Below are positions 25,693 through 38,226 of a stretch of 64,000 bases of DNA, one piece after another. A program made the position numbers and the translations under genes. The DNA lies in assembly GCA_010093995.1 (NCBI GenBank), contig ML992508.1, positions 530,506-594,505 of the forward strand, in the 5' to 3' direction. The notes under the pieces are model-generated. The model saw only the letters and a list, made by a program, of their open reading frames with translations, had not been told where the DNA came from and searched no databases. Source of the DNA: Elsinoe ampelina. Its lineage: Eukaryota. Each line of letters starts with the position of its first letter. Position 1 is the stretch's first letter.

Positions 25693-26512
25693 GGTCGTAT
25701 TCGGAATGATCGACAGCTTCAGTCTTTATGAATGGGGAGCGATGTCCATGACTTGAACTCTCGAGATAGCGAGCGAGTTCCGGCGACACAGAGTGGTTGT
25801 GTCGAACAGAGTTAATGGAGATTTATTATCAATCACAAGGTTGTAGAAGCTTCGGAGCACGCTCCAGCGAGAGTCCGGTTGGCTAGATCGGATAAAGTGA
25901 TGTGATCGGCAATGCTATCAGGGGTCAAAGCACCCATACAGGAATACATTCAAGCAAGTCTAGACCGTTGACATTCATCCTGTTCAAAGATTGATTATTG
26001 CTGCGCTGATCACATCTAGCATCAACAGTGCAGAGTTGCAGAAATATCTTTAGTCTTTACGCGCCGGCAGCGTACTTGGTGTCGAAAAAAAGAAGCTCGG
26101 ACGAACCAATGGCAGCAATCCAGCCACACGGGTTCCCCCACGTCTCGTTCGCTTTGCTGATCTCCCCGTCTTATGGTTCTTTGCGGTGCTGCAGTCCGTC
26201 CACTCAGGCGATCGACGGCTTGTGCAACTCTCACACCCTCGAACGAACCCTTCCGTCTAAGTCACCACTACTGCAGCCAAATATTGCGCGGCTGAGTCCT
26301 GGCGACTCTCTATCATCTCCATCGCATCGCGATCAGAACAACGACTGTCAGCATAGTCTGTCGTTGATGTTTACCAAGCTGACGTAGTTCGCCCTGCCCC
26401 TCGCTCAATCAAGCCAACGCCCTCTGGCTTCATGTCGCTGGAAGCACAGCGACCTCATCCCCGCGCTTCTCCCACCTAATAACCCCTTCAATCCCTAGCT
26501 GCACTGTACGAC

Positions 26513-28766
26513 ATGGTGGCTGATTCGATATATGAGCTATGCGCTCCTATCCTGAAAGATGACACGATCACCGAGGAGGACAAGACCGACAAGCTGGAAG
26601 ACTTGATGAAGAAAGAGCTTAGCTTGACCGGAAAGGCACTTGAAGATGCAGTGCTTGGTGTGCTCTGGCGACACCGCGGCACACAAGGCTCATCATCCTC
26701 GCCCCCTCCAATCCGAACCACGGTCATTCGCCGGCCGTCTCCTGCGCCATGGCAGATCAACAGGTCAGGAACACCTATCGCTTCGTCGCCGAGAAGCACC
26801 AGTGGCACAATCAACCCTCCTCCTGGCTTCGGTATTGCGCCTCCAAGCTTCAAACGAGCCAAATCATCTACTGCTTCACCTTCACCACGGGCGTCCCCAC
26901 GACTTGCCTATGTCACGCCACAGATTCCACACAGCCCAAGTCTTAGTGCATATCAATTTAGTGAACCAAGTCCTACCACTGAGACTTATGAGAGCTACGG
27001 TGACCTGGGTAGCGATAATGTCGACTGGCTGGTCAACGACGACGCGAGTAGTACCACTTCCTGGGGCGACAGCGGATTCGCATCAGAGTATATGCAGCCT
27101 GTCAACGTCGACATGAGTCCATTCGACATTATTCGCTCAGTCCTTCGTGACGACAAATCGGATGAAGAGTTGGGAAAACTGCTCGAAGTCAACGGCTACG
27201 ATCTCAACCAGACAATCTCAAGCTTGATGGAAACGCGCCAACCAGAACAGCCGGTATCGCAAGATCAAAGTCGGACCTTTTTAATTGGCAAGTCTATGAG
27301 TCCAACATCTCGGCCCATGACGCCTGTCGGGCAGGCAAAGTCGCCGATCGTCTGTCGATACTACCTGGCTTCTGGACATTGTGCTCGGGCCGACTGTCGG
27401 TTCAGCCACGATATCACGTCACATCTCTGCAAATACTGGATGCAAGGCAATTGTCTCGCTGGCGAATCTTGCATGTTCTCCCACGATCCTTCGCTAGCTG
27501 TGGCTAAGCTTAGCATTGATTCGGCCCAGTCTTCACAAGCTCAAGCGGACATCCAGGATTACGATTCGTTCCCATCGCTGCAACGGTCGACATCGTCCAC
27601 TTCTAACCCGTTCATGGCTGTAGAATCGCCACCAGTCGGATCACCTCAATCGACATCCTCGATTCTCGCACAATCGGCAATGAACCCCTTTGCCAACTTT
27701 GTCCCGAGTGGACTGAGAAGCCGACCAGATTCAAGGCCGACTAGCCGGCATACCTCAAGAGCCGCCACGCCGTCCGCTCTGTCCTTTCAGGACGACGATG
27801 CGTTTCCGACATTAGGATCCGCCAGCAATCGAGCTGGTAAAAGGCATCATGGAAAACGAGGGCATGGCCATGCCGCGCATCGCGAGAACCAGACTATGAA
27901 TCCATCATCAATGGCCGATGTTGTGAAGATGAACCCCGCGCCATCAGCCCCAATACCAATGTTGCAGACTCGGAGAGGCTTGAGGCCGGTAAAGTCCTTT
28001 ACCGGCAGTCGGGAAGCAAGTGCGACCGCCCAGGCTATTCCACCTCCTGAGCACATACCGTGGCTCGAGACAGGTGTGGAGGCAAATCGAGCATACCTCA
28101 AGGCAAGGGCAGAAGCATTCAAGCATGGCGCACAAAGGAATCGCTTTCTTCAAGGTGCTGCGCAAGCTTGGAACAGGAATGATACCCGTGGTGCCAAGGT
28201 GCTGAGCGGTAAAGGTCAGACTGAGAATCAGCTAATGAAGGAGGCCCATCGCGAAGCAGCCCGCATTCTATACGAGGATCGGAATAAGAATCAGAGCTCC
28301 AGCAAAGAGCTCTACGTTGACTTGCATGGTAAGCCAACTTGGCTTCTTCAGCGTCGCCGTTACTGACCATTACATAGGATTACATCCGGAAGAGGCAGTG
28401 TCCTACCTGAACGACTGTTTACTTGAACACAAGAGCTCTTCTCGTCCATTGTACGCGATATGTGGGACGGGGCATCACTCGAAGAATGGAAAGGATAAGA
28501 TCGGAAAAGCAGTGCGCGCGTATCTGAATGAGTGGCGCTATGCCTTCCGCGAGTTCAGCGTGCCTGGAGATCGGAATAACCTTGGAGGTATCGTAGGCGT
28601 CGATCCCAGCAGCTACGATCCCGATCTGGTGCGAAAGTCAAAAGGTGGTCCAAGCAGCGAAGCAGACAGTGGAGTGGGTTTCATCACGCCAGTGGGAGAG
28701 GACACCAAGGTCAGGGTGATAACAGCGGAGGAGGCACGGACACAGAAAGAGGCAGAGTCCTTATGA
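26513..28766 (+). CDS. Tandem CCCH zinc-finger, DUF1771 and Smr-domain protein
   Basis: CRYYLASGHCARADCRFSH and CKYWMQGNCLAGESCMFSH; YVDLHG/LHPEEAV across an intron at ~28329-28377; ICGTGHHS Smr motif. Confidence 0.9.
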
Positions 28767-29173
28767 ACGAGGACATGATGAACGTGACATGAGCAAAAGT
28801 ACTCTACATGCACCAAGGTGTGCCTAATCGAAGGAATGTGAACTCATTCTGCGAGCCACGTGCTTCCCCTGAAATGCATGCATGTGAGGACGGCCTCTGA
28901 AGCCAAGCAATGGCGTCCGTCTGTCGATCCAGGTCCCTGGATTATTTTCGAGCTTCCCAAATGAACGACCCCTCTTGTTTCCAAAACAACCATTGACCAC
29001 CACCTCTTCGATTATATCCAGCAATTTCGCGTCTCCCATTCTCCCAGCCCTCTTTACACCCACTCCCTTCGCATTTCGCAATCTCGTCCCACTCATCACC
29101 ACCCACCGATCCCCGTCCCACACCCACCACTCACCATCCCACCACCATCAACTCCCACCCACCCGGACCAACC

Positions 29174-30181
29174 ATGACCGACCGCGCCGTCCCCCTCACC
29201 TGCCACGGCCACTCCCGCCCCATAACCCACCTCACCTTCTCGTCCCTCCTCGCCCCCACCACAACCGACACCCCGACACCTTCCTCCTCCTCCACAGCCC
29301 ACTACCTCCTCCTCTCGACCTGCAAAGACCAAAACCCCATGCTCCGCGACGGGCCCACAGGCGACTGGATCGGCACCTTCCTCGGGCACAAAGGGGCAGT
29401 ATGGTCCTCGCGCCTCTCCGCCGACGCCTCGCTAGCCGTGACGGGCAGCGCGGACTTTTCGGCCAAGGTATGGGATACTTTCACGGGTGAATGCGTGCAG
29501 AGCATCAGCGAGGCGCATATCGTGCGGGCGGTGGCGATCAGTGCCGCGGGGAGGGGGAGGGTGGCGACGGGGGGCATGGAGAAGAAGGTCAAGGTGTGGG
29601 ATTTGGGAGGGGAGGGGGCGGGGGCCCAGGCGGTGGAGGTGGGGAAGGGCGTGCATGGGGGTACGGTGAAGAGTTTGGTTTTTCTAACGGGACGGGGCCC
29701 AGGGGATGGTGGGAATGAGATTGTGTCGGCGGGCGATGATGGGGTGGTGAGGTGGTGGGATTTGAGGAGTGAGAGGGCGGTGGCAGAGGCGGACGTGGGG
29801 GCGCCGGTGGGCAGTTGTGAGTTGAATAAGGTTGATGGGGAGGGGGAGGGGATACTGAGTTTGGCTGCCGGGAAGGCGGTGTGGTTCTTTGATGGCGCGA
29901 GGCCGGGCGAGTTGAGGAAGATGGTCAAGATGCAGAAGGATACGAGTTGTGTGGCGATCAATGAGAGCGCGGGGAGGTTTGTGACGGGGAGCAGTGCGGA
30001 TACGTGGGTGAGGGTGTTTGATTTGGAGACCGAGGAAGAGCTGGAGACGTTGAAGGGGCATCATGGTCCGGTTTGGACTGTGTCGTATAGTCCGGATGGG
30101 AAGCTCTATGCGACTGGCTCCGAGGATGGCACTATCAAGCTGTGGAAGGCAACGAGGGAAGCGTACGGGCTCTGGAAGTGA
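29174..30181 (+). CDS. WD40 protein, STRAP/UNRIP-like
   Basis: VPLTCHGHSRPI, PMLRDGPTGDWIGTFLGHKGAVW, GHHGPVWTVSYSPDGKLYATGSEDGTIKLW. Confidence 0.92.
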   Translation: MTDRAVPLTCHGHSRPITHLTFSSLLAPTTTDTPTPSSSSTAHYLLLSTCKDQNPMLRDGPTGDWIGTFLGHKGAVWSSRLSADASLAVTGSADFSAKVWDTFTGECVQSISEAHIVRAVAISAAGRGRVATGGMEKKVKVWDLGGEGAGAQAVEVGKGVHGGTVKSLVFLTGRGPGDGGNEIVSAGDDGVVRWWDLRSERAVAEADVGAPVGSCELNKVDGEGEGILSLAAGKAVWFFDGARPGELRKMVKMQKDTSCVAINESAGRFVTGSSADTWVRVFDLETEEELETLKGHHGPVWTVSYSPDGKLYATGSEDGTIKLWKATREAYGLWK

Positions 30182-30545
30182 AGGATTGCTCGGATCAGCT
30201 TGCATCAAGCATTGGTGAACGACCCACCCGACCTTCTTCACGATGAGAGCGCCATTACCTTCAGGATTGAGGATGACAGCCTGAGAAGTGCGCTCGTCAG
30301 GCAGGATGTGGCTGGTCATAGATGGCCGCAAGGTCATTGTTGCGACCAAGGCGCGAAGGGGTAAGGACGCACCGTAGAGGAGGAGAAAAAGGGCATCACC
30401 ACGTGAGAAGGCAGAGTGGAAGCTGTCAGAGCGATCGAGCTCGATGGCTGTCCGAACTACATGAGCATCGATAATCCAGCTTAGAAGTCCCAACCCTTGA
30501 CCAGCGACTGGACTAGCAACAAGCACTACTGCTATAGGATATCGC

Positions 30546-31953
30546 TTACTCAACCATGAGATCAATCTCAACATCCTGAGCACCGCCCTGTTCCCCATTT
30601 TGTTCCTTCTGTCCATTCTGCTCATCATTGCCCTTCGCGCCCCAATAATCATTCATCTCCGCATCGAGCTCTTCCTGCGTCTTACGCGGTCTGCCTCCGA
30701 CCAATGGCCTTCCGTCACCGTCTGTCCTTCTTCCACCCCTTCCTCCTCTGCCTCCACCCCTCTCGCCAGGTCTGCGGCCGCTTTCCCTTGGCGTTCCTCT
30801 CCTGCTTCGTATCGGACTTCGCTCACGGTTTCTGCTTCCCGGTACATATCTGTCGATCTCTTCTCTTCTGGCGCGAGGGGATTCGCTTCTTCTTCCTCTT
30901 CCCCGAGCTCTATCTCTTCGTTCGGGGCTGCGGTCTTCTGAGCCAGTGTTGATTCGCTCAAAGAGAGATCGGGACGGCTTCTCGACGTTGTCGAAGGGAT
31001 TACGAGGGCGAGCCTCTTGAGGTGGCAGAAGGGTAACGCGGATGGGCTGGCCGTACGCATTCGCACCATCGAATTCTCGGACTGCGCGACGGGCGTCGGC
31101 TACGGAGGAGTATGTCACGAAGGCTGTGCCAGTCGTGCGGTCGTGTCGGTCGTAGAGGAGCTGTACTGAGATGACGTTGCCAATGCGTTGGAAAAGCTCC
31201 TGCGAAAGTGTGTTAGGAACCCAGATTGCAAGCCCAATCAGTGCCAACCGTACCCGAATGTCTGGCTCTAACAGCTCAAAGTGCAGGTTCTCGACTCGTA
31301 ATTTGGCGACGTCAGATGGCGGCGCGCTGAACCATGTCAGTGAAGTCAGAGGCAGTCATTCGTGCTATGTACCGTCTGCGATCTGGGCTCGGGCTGCGTC
31401 GTCCGTAGTCTTCTCTGCGGCCTGGTCGGCGGGCTATCAAGTCGTTAGGCGATTGCTGGCTCAGACCAGGAGACCAGCTCACTCTCGTCTTCGTCGTTGT
31501 ATCGATCATGGACCCATTCTCTATTCACCTCGTCAGCAGCCGCAACACCCTGCTTTTTGTGTATGACCCACCTGTCAAGATTCCTCTGAGGTTCCCTTGC
31601 GTTGTATGACTATTCGTGAAATATCCGGTCAGCTGCTGTGTGTGATGGCGCCCGTCGGCAGGTGCCGCTGTCCTCGGAGCTAGAAATCATGGTATGCGGG
31701 AGAAATCAACCTGTCCCACTACTGTCAGGGCTCCATCTCAATGACCTGGGAGGCACTGACCTTTCTGATGCCATCTCTGGGACCGGAGTCGTAGTCTCGT
31801 GGCGGCGGGCGTCTGGATCCGCCCCCAGCTCCTCCTCCGCGCGGTCCTCGAGGTCGTCCATCGCGCTGCACAGTCAGTGAAAGCCATTGGACCATGTGCA
31901 AGATCCTGACTTACTGGTCGTTCGCCTATGATATCATCGAGAGCCCTATCCAT
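30546..31953 (-). CDS. ALYREF/Yra1-family RRM mRNA export adaptor-like protein
   Basis: N-terminal MDRALDDII box, short exons (NLDREWVHDRY), RRM, C-terminal RPRKTQEELDAEMNDYW box; several GT-AG introns. Confidence 0.85.
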
Positions 31954-32216
31954 TATCAATGATTTTCAGGTAGTTGACAAGAAGAATTACGTTCAGTGAA
32001 GTGGAAGCTCCGCAAGCTGAACGACATGTCTTGGCATCGAACCCCGTCAGCTTCACTCTTGCGATATCAATTTGCTGTCGAGACAGATTCTTGTGGGCAA
32101 TGGCTATAGTCACAGGAATGCTCGGACATGTCTCGTCGATCGTATCGCACATAGCATTGGTTCTGCTCTACCTAATCTCTTTCCCTCCTTCCAATCCTAC
32201 TCTCGTCCACCCCGGC

Positions 32217-34110
32217 TTACTCTCCACCATTCTCACTATGTACAACACTCTTCTTCCTGATAGCCGCATTCTCAATCTCTGCAAGACTCTGCTGCCTCGC
32301 CGTGCCAAATCCGACTTGCTGAACGTCCTGGAAGCTGACAGTCGGAACAAATCCTGGACTCTTCCATGCCTTGTCGACCTTGGCATATAGCTCGTCGACC
32401 TGCTCAAGGCTCAGACCCTTCGTCTCGTATATCATGCTCCAGACGAAGAAGATGCAGATGAAACAGCATCCTCCCCAGATGAAGAACACTTTGGCGCCCA
32501 GATTAGCATCACCAGGTTCGGAGTTGACTAGGTAAGGGGTGGCGTAGGCGACTGTTGTTGTGTTAGTGTCTTGGAGGTTGAAGTCTATGTGGCGTCTTCA
32601 CTTACTGGCCCAGTTCAGTAGCCAATTGGAGCTGGGGGGTTTGTCAGTTATGCAGTTCGAGACACAGCATGATAGAAACCACTTACGCCGTCGTCATCGA
32701 CAGGCACTTCGCTCTCACACGCAAAGGGAAGAGCTCGCCTGTCACAACCCAAGCGACAGGACCCCATGAGCAGGCAAAGAAGAAGATATAGATGCAGACG
32801 AAGGCAATGAGCGCCCTCTGTGCAGGAAAGTCCTGAGTATTGGTGCCCGTGCCGACTCCTGCTACGATGAACTGGCAGACCGCCATGCCAATGGCACCGA
32901 AGAGGAGGAGGTTACGACGACCCCATTTCTCAACGAGGTAAAGCCCGGGGAAGGTGGACCCGACATTGATGCAGGAAGTGATGAGCCCGATGGTGAAGGG
33001 ATTCTGGAAGCCCGAGTTTTGGAAGAATTGCTAGTCTCGTCAGCAAGTTGCCACAAAAGACCAGAATAAGTTTGTTGCGTATTCTATTGTGGTACACTTA
33101 CCGGTCCGTAGTAAAAGATGAAGTTCACTGGATTGTGATCAGTATTCTCGCACAATAAAGAGTGTACGAAGTGCGTAGCTTACCTCCCGTGAGCTGCTGG
33201 AGAGACTGAAGAAGACACCCAGTAGCAAGACGCTTCCCGACAGATCCCTTGAAGCAATCGGCAAAAGAAGCCTTGCCCAAAGACATTTCGTATTCGTGGT
33301 TGGCCTGAATCTCTCCCAGCTCTTCTTGCAACGCCGGATGATCAACATCCAAGCGTCGGAGACGAGAAAGTGATTTAGCGGCGAGGTCAAGTCGGTCACG
33401 CTTGATGTACATGCGAGGTGTCTCCGGGAGCAGGAGCATGCCAAAGAAGAGAATGAGTGCCCATGCGAACTGAACAGCGATAGGGATACGGTACGATCCA
33501 GTATCATTTCTGTTCTTGGTAGCATTTCCCACAATTGAGGCAAGAAGAAGCCCAATAGTAATGGCAAGCTGGTAGGATCCGACAATAGAACCTCTGATCC
33601 ACTTCGGCGCCGTCTCAGATTGGTATAGCGGGATCGAAGCTGATATCATGCCGACCCCGAAACCGGCGAAGAATCTACCAGCCACGAACAAAGGGATGGC
33701 GGTAGCAATGGTCTGTAAGATCACACCGACGGTGAAGACCACAGTAGATGCCATGAGTCCGAAGCGACGGCCGATGAAGTCGCAAGTGGGTCCGGCGGCG
33801 AGAGCACCGAAGAATGTACCTGCAGACAGCAGAGAGACAATCTCGGAGGTCTGAGATGCCGTCACATCGAGATCTCCATCTTTGTTCCGGTATCCAGTGG
33901 AGAACGTGTCTCGCCAGTACCGCATGGCGAGAATATCACCAATGGTTCCAGTATCGTACCCGAAGAGGATACCACCTGCAATCTTGTCAGAAAGGTCCTC
34001 GACGCCTCATGCGCGACGGGAGACTGACCGAAGGCCACGAAAAGGCCGACTGCAATAGCTGGCCATGCTGCGCCAGCAGTATTTGGTGGAGGCTTGATGA
34101 GGATGGTCAT
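32217..34110 (-). CDS. MFS sugar porter, high-affinity glucose transporter-like
   Basis: FGGILFGYDTG, PLYQSETAPKWIRG, LPETPR, QQLTG.NFIFYYG, GELFPLRVRAK, YETKGLSLEQVD; several introns and micro-exons. Confidence 0.93.
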
Positions 34111-35090
34111 TTTGTGGTCCGTACGGGCAGGATGCAGATGACCGATCAAGCGTGAGAACAAAATGCGAAGAGGACCTTCTACAGGTACTGTCCAGTCGAA
34201 GCCTTTATAGCAAATCTTACAGCGGCATGAGCGCCCAAGCTCGAAGATGCTAGTGCGAGGGACATCGAATCAGAGTTTACGCCAGCGCGGGGTTAGATAC
34301 TGGATGGGGTGGGATTCCAGGCTAGAATGTTTCTAGGATGCAGACGGCGCTGGAGTGCCAGGGTACATGACTGCAGCTGATGTGTTTCTCTGGTCCGTGC
34401 TTGCGAGGTTGAGGGTAGTTTCCAGTCTCGTGCACCAAATTCTATGATCCAGAATTTTTTACAAAGCTCACATACAAGGACCCGACTGGATCGATGTGTT
34501 TGCACATACTTGCTGGAAAGCTACGATCGGATGACCTTTGCAAGCTATGTTTGATCTTACCGACAGAGCTTGATAGTGCTCAAGTTGCAGCATGAAATCT
34601 GGGCTAGGTGATACAGAGAGGCACAAGCCGCAGCAGGAGAGAATGTGGAGTCAGACACGGACTCAAAAGTTGCGCACATGTGCTTGGATCGGTCTCGGGC
34701 CACAGCTAGCTTGATTCGTGTCTGTGAAAGTGCTTTTCTGAGTCTTCGGCAGCGACTTTGTGCTGTCCTCATTGCTGATTTGCTCATTTCCTGCATGGAA
34801 AGAATTGCTTTGCCCTTGGGGTTCACAGGAACGGTTGAGGCTCCCTGCGACCACCAGCAGTGGATTGAGATGGGCCGACTGCCATGCAGCGTCGGCAGAA
34901 TTTTCGTCGTGTCGCCGTATGGACTGCAAGGATCGAGATGACGATTGACGATGGAGACGTCCCGTCTTGCTCGGCCGACGGCACGGCATCCGTCGTTCCC
35001 GAGCGTGCCGAGCTTCTCCACAAAGCTTGGGCAAATCTTGTCAAAGCTTGACTGCACCATTTTGTCTTTTTGACGTGTGTGGCATGGTTC

Positions 35091-35243
35091 TGTTGTAATG
35101 GAAGACTGGTACAGCTTCTCTGGTACTGAAGAACTGGTACTAATGAGTCAGCGCACGCACAGTAGATAAATCGGTTATTGTAGCTCTCTGAATGAAATAC
35201 ACATCTCTCGATCTAATTTGCTAGTTATAATAGGTTATAAGCC
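35091..35243 (+). repeat. Copia 5' LTR (35091-35232) and primer-binding site (35233-35243)
   Basis: TGTTGTAA...TTATAATA (RIP form of TTACAACA), followed directly by GGTTATAAGCC (RIP form of the Copia-type GGTTATGAGCC). Confidence 0.75.
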
Positions 35244-35965
35244 TAGCGCTTCTATAAAAGCACTTAAAGCTATAGCAAATTAAGCGTGTTATTATTAAAA
35301 GGATTGCTAAGCCGCCTATACTAAATTCTAGACTAGCTATATTAAGATAAACACTTGTAGTAGCCTGTATTAACCCTTTAATTAAATAGCTTAAATAGCT
35401 TAAATAAGCTAATTATATTAATTAAATTAATAGGCCTTTAGCTAATTACTATTATTATATCTAGATTAGTAAAAATACTTAAGACTTAGATTCTTAAGAG
35501 AGAGAGTAACTATAATACTTAGTGTAACTATTAGAGCAGAGTTAGAGTAGCTAAAGGCTAACTCTAGTACTAGTATAGAGCTATTCTTAGCGAGTTAGCA
35601 CCCGGTGCTAAACTAAACAGCACTAGCTCTGTACTCTACTATATTAGTACTAGCACTAGTACTACGCCGAGCTACACTAGCACTAGTACTATACCGTAGT
35701 TAAGTAAGAATAGTACTATACTATAATAGCGCTATACTACACTATAATAGCACTACACCGAATTAGCACTAGAGTTAAATCCTAGTATTATACTACGTTA
35801 TAGTACTACGCCTTAATTAGGCTTTAAGGCAACTATAGTTACTATACTATACTTTAGTATTATAATAAGTCTATAGAAAGGAAATTTAATAGTCTAGTCT
35901 ATGTAAAAATATACCTACCTAATTCTTATAGTTTATTCTTATAGTATTATAGAGGAGAGATCTTA

Positions 35966-36547
35966 CTAATTAAAGAAAGTAAGTAGGTAGTACTTATTAT
36001 AATATTTCCTAGTAAGCTAAGAGTCTTTCTATATAATAGTATAACACTTAGTATAGATAGTATTAAGATTATAATCTACTATAGTTATTAGTATAAGGTA
36101 TTATATATTCTAAATATATAGTTAATATACCTTCGAAATATCCTACTAGTATTACCTTACTTACTTTCTAGAGACACTTAATAGCATCTAGCGTAAAGCA
36201 TAAATCTCTACTTATAAGTGTTAACTTAATATCTTACGTAATATCGCAAATAACATAGGAGAAAGAAAGCTTATATATAAGAAGTTTAGTTATCTTCTAG
36301 TAGCGATAAATCTCTTAGAGAGTAATAGCTATACTATATTAGATATAAGACTATAAGAATTTACTATAAGAAACTAACTACCTAGCTTAAACCTATAGCT
36401 CTTCGCCTAGTAAATTTATCTAGTTAATACTAGTCTAAATTTTGTTACGTAACTACCTATAGTAGGCTTTTTAGTAGTAGTTTTCTTAGCGCCTTACTTC
36501 CTTAGCTTTGCTCTTTTTAGAGGTGTTACTTGCTTCTTATAAGCTAT
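35966..36547 (-). pseudogene. Histone H3-like gene in hAT copy A (RIP-inactivated)
   Basis: Reverse complement of the 46248-46829 copy, same 582-bp span; retains EI.RY*K, DL.FTLDAI.CL*, GYFE. Confidence 0.9.
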
Positions 36548-36919
36548 AGCTATATAAATTTTTAAATTAATTATTAAAATTTGTTTATAAAGGTAAAGAA
36601 GAGTAAGGCGAAAATACTAAGAGTAAGATATTAAGCTTTATTAAGGAATTTATAATAGTATATAAAATATAAATTTTATATTATTATTCTCTACTATAAC
36701 GACTTTATATTAACAATATTAATAACTTTATATTAGTATAATAATAGGATTAATACCTATTATTACTTATATTTCTAGCTACTTTATTTACTATATATAT
36801 AAGAAATACTAAATTCGTCTCTCTTTATCTTCTCCTTATAAAACTTATATCTTATATCTTACTTTCTATTATACTTAATATTCTACCTTCTCTTATAAAT
36901 TACTACTAATTCTTAATCT

Positions 36920-38226
36920 ATAATATCTACTAATCTTATAGATTAGTAAACCTTTAGTAAAGAGAAAGAAATAACTAATACTCTAGTAATTAAGACTAAA
37001 GAAATAACTAAGGAAGAGGAAGTAATCCTTACTATAATAGGAGTAATTCTTATAGATACTTCTTATAGTTAAATACTAACTAGACTATAGAGTTTTAATT
37101 CTAAGGCTAATAAGATTAAATACTAAATTAAAAATTGCTCTTAGAATACTAGAACTTCTTACTATAGCTACCCCCTTAGAATTCTATAGTAGAAAGTATA
37201 GCTTAGTAATATCTAGTAAGCTATTTAGTAAAGAGATTATACTATATAAGCTAGTATAGAGGAGAAAGCTCTTACTACTACTAGTAATACTAATTGCTCT
37301 ATAAAATATATACTTAAGGTAAAACTTAAGAACTCTAAGGAATTCTAAGTAATATTTAATAAGAAGAAAGAAGCTACCTTTAATATAGTATATAAGAAGA
37401 TAGCGGAGACTTACTATTATACCTAGTAGAGTAGTATATTTCTTATAGTATATTCTTATAGTATATCTACTAATTCTATATAGGAGAATAGTTAGAGGAC
37501 AAGTTTATATCTATCTACTAAAAATAAAGTAGTATTTATAAAGCTAATACTCTTCTTTACTATAAGTAACTCCTTATTAATTATATAAAGAAGATACTCT
37601 ATAACAAGACAAATATATTTCTAAATTGCTAAGTAAAATATTTTCTTAGCACTAGTAGAATTCTTAAGAAATAGACCTATAAGATCTACTATAATAGTAT
37701 TAACTTACTATATAATACTAGTAACTATAACAATAGTAACTAAGCTAAGTTTAAGAAGTTTATTAAGAATATAACACCTACTAAACTCTAAGTAGTATAG
37801 GTGAATAATTAGGTATATATTATTTCTTATAGTTGTTTCTTATAGTTATATACTAATCTATTAAAGTAAATATAAATCTACCCCCGAACTAGAATTTAAG
37901 TATAAGAATAACAATATTTTACTTAAATCTAATAATTACTATATTAAGTATAGTAATAACAAGGTTAAAGAAGAAGTTAAGAACAACTTTAAGATTAAAG
38001 ACCTCCTTAATAAAAAACCTAATAAGTATAAGACTAAGGAAGTAGCTAAAATATACTATAAGGTAGTTACTACTAAAGACTTTAATAATTCTAATAAAGA
38101 GAATTAGGATAAAGATAATAATAAGGCAATAGATAAGAGTAATAATAATAATAAGGAGAGTAAGAGTAAGAACAATATAGATAAGAATAAATAGATTAAC
38201 CTTAAGTTAGGAAAATTAGACTATAG
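36920..38226 (+). pseudogene. hAT cargo gene: coiled-coil protein with a long acidic C-terminal tail (RIP-inactivated; copy B at ~44569-45875, minus strand)
   Basis: TATA (36791-36803) and CT-rich leader; long frame whose stops are TAA/TAG consistent with CAA/CAG; GAA/GAT/AAT/AAG-rich 3' end. Boundaries approximate. Confidence 0.6.

Noticed and set aside
35560..35820. Short-repeat clusters resembling an array or CRISPR
   Set aside because: Irregular subterminal transposon repeats without unique spacers, in a eukaryotic genome.
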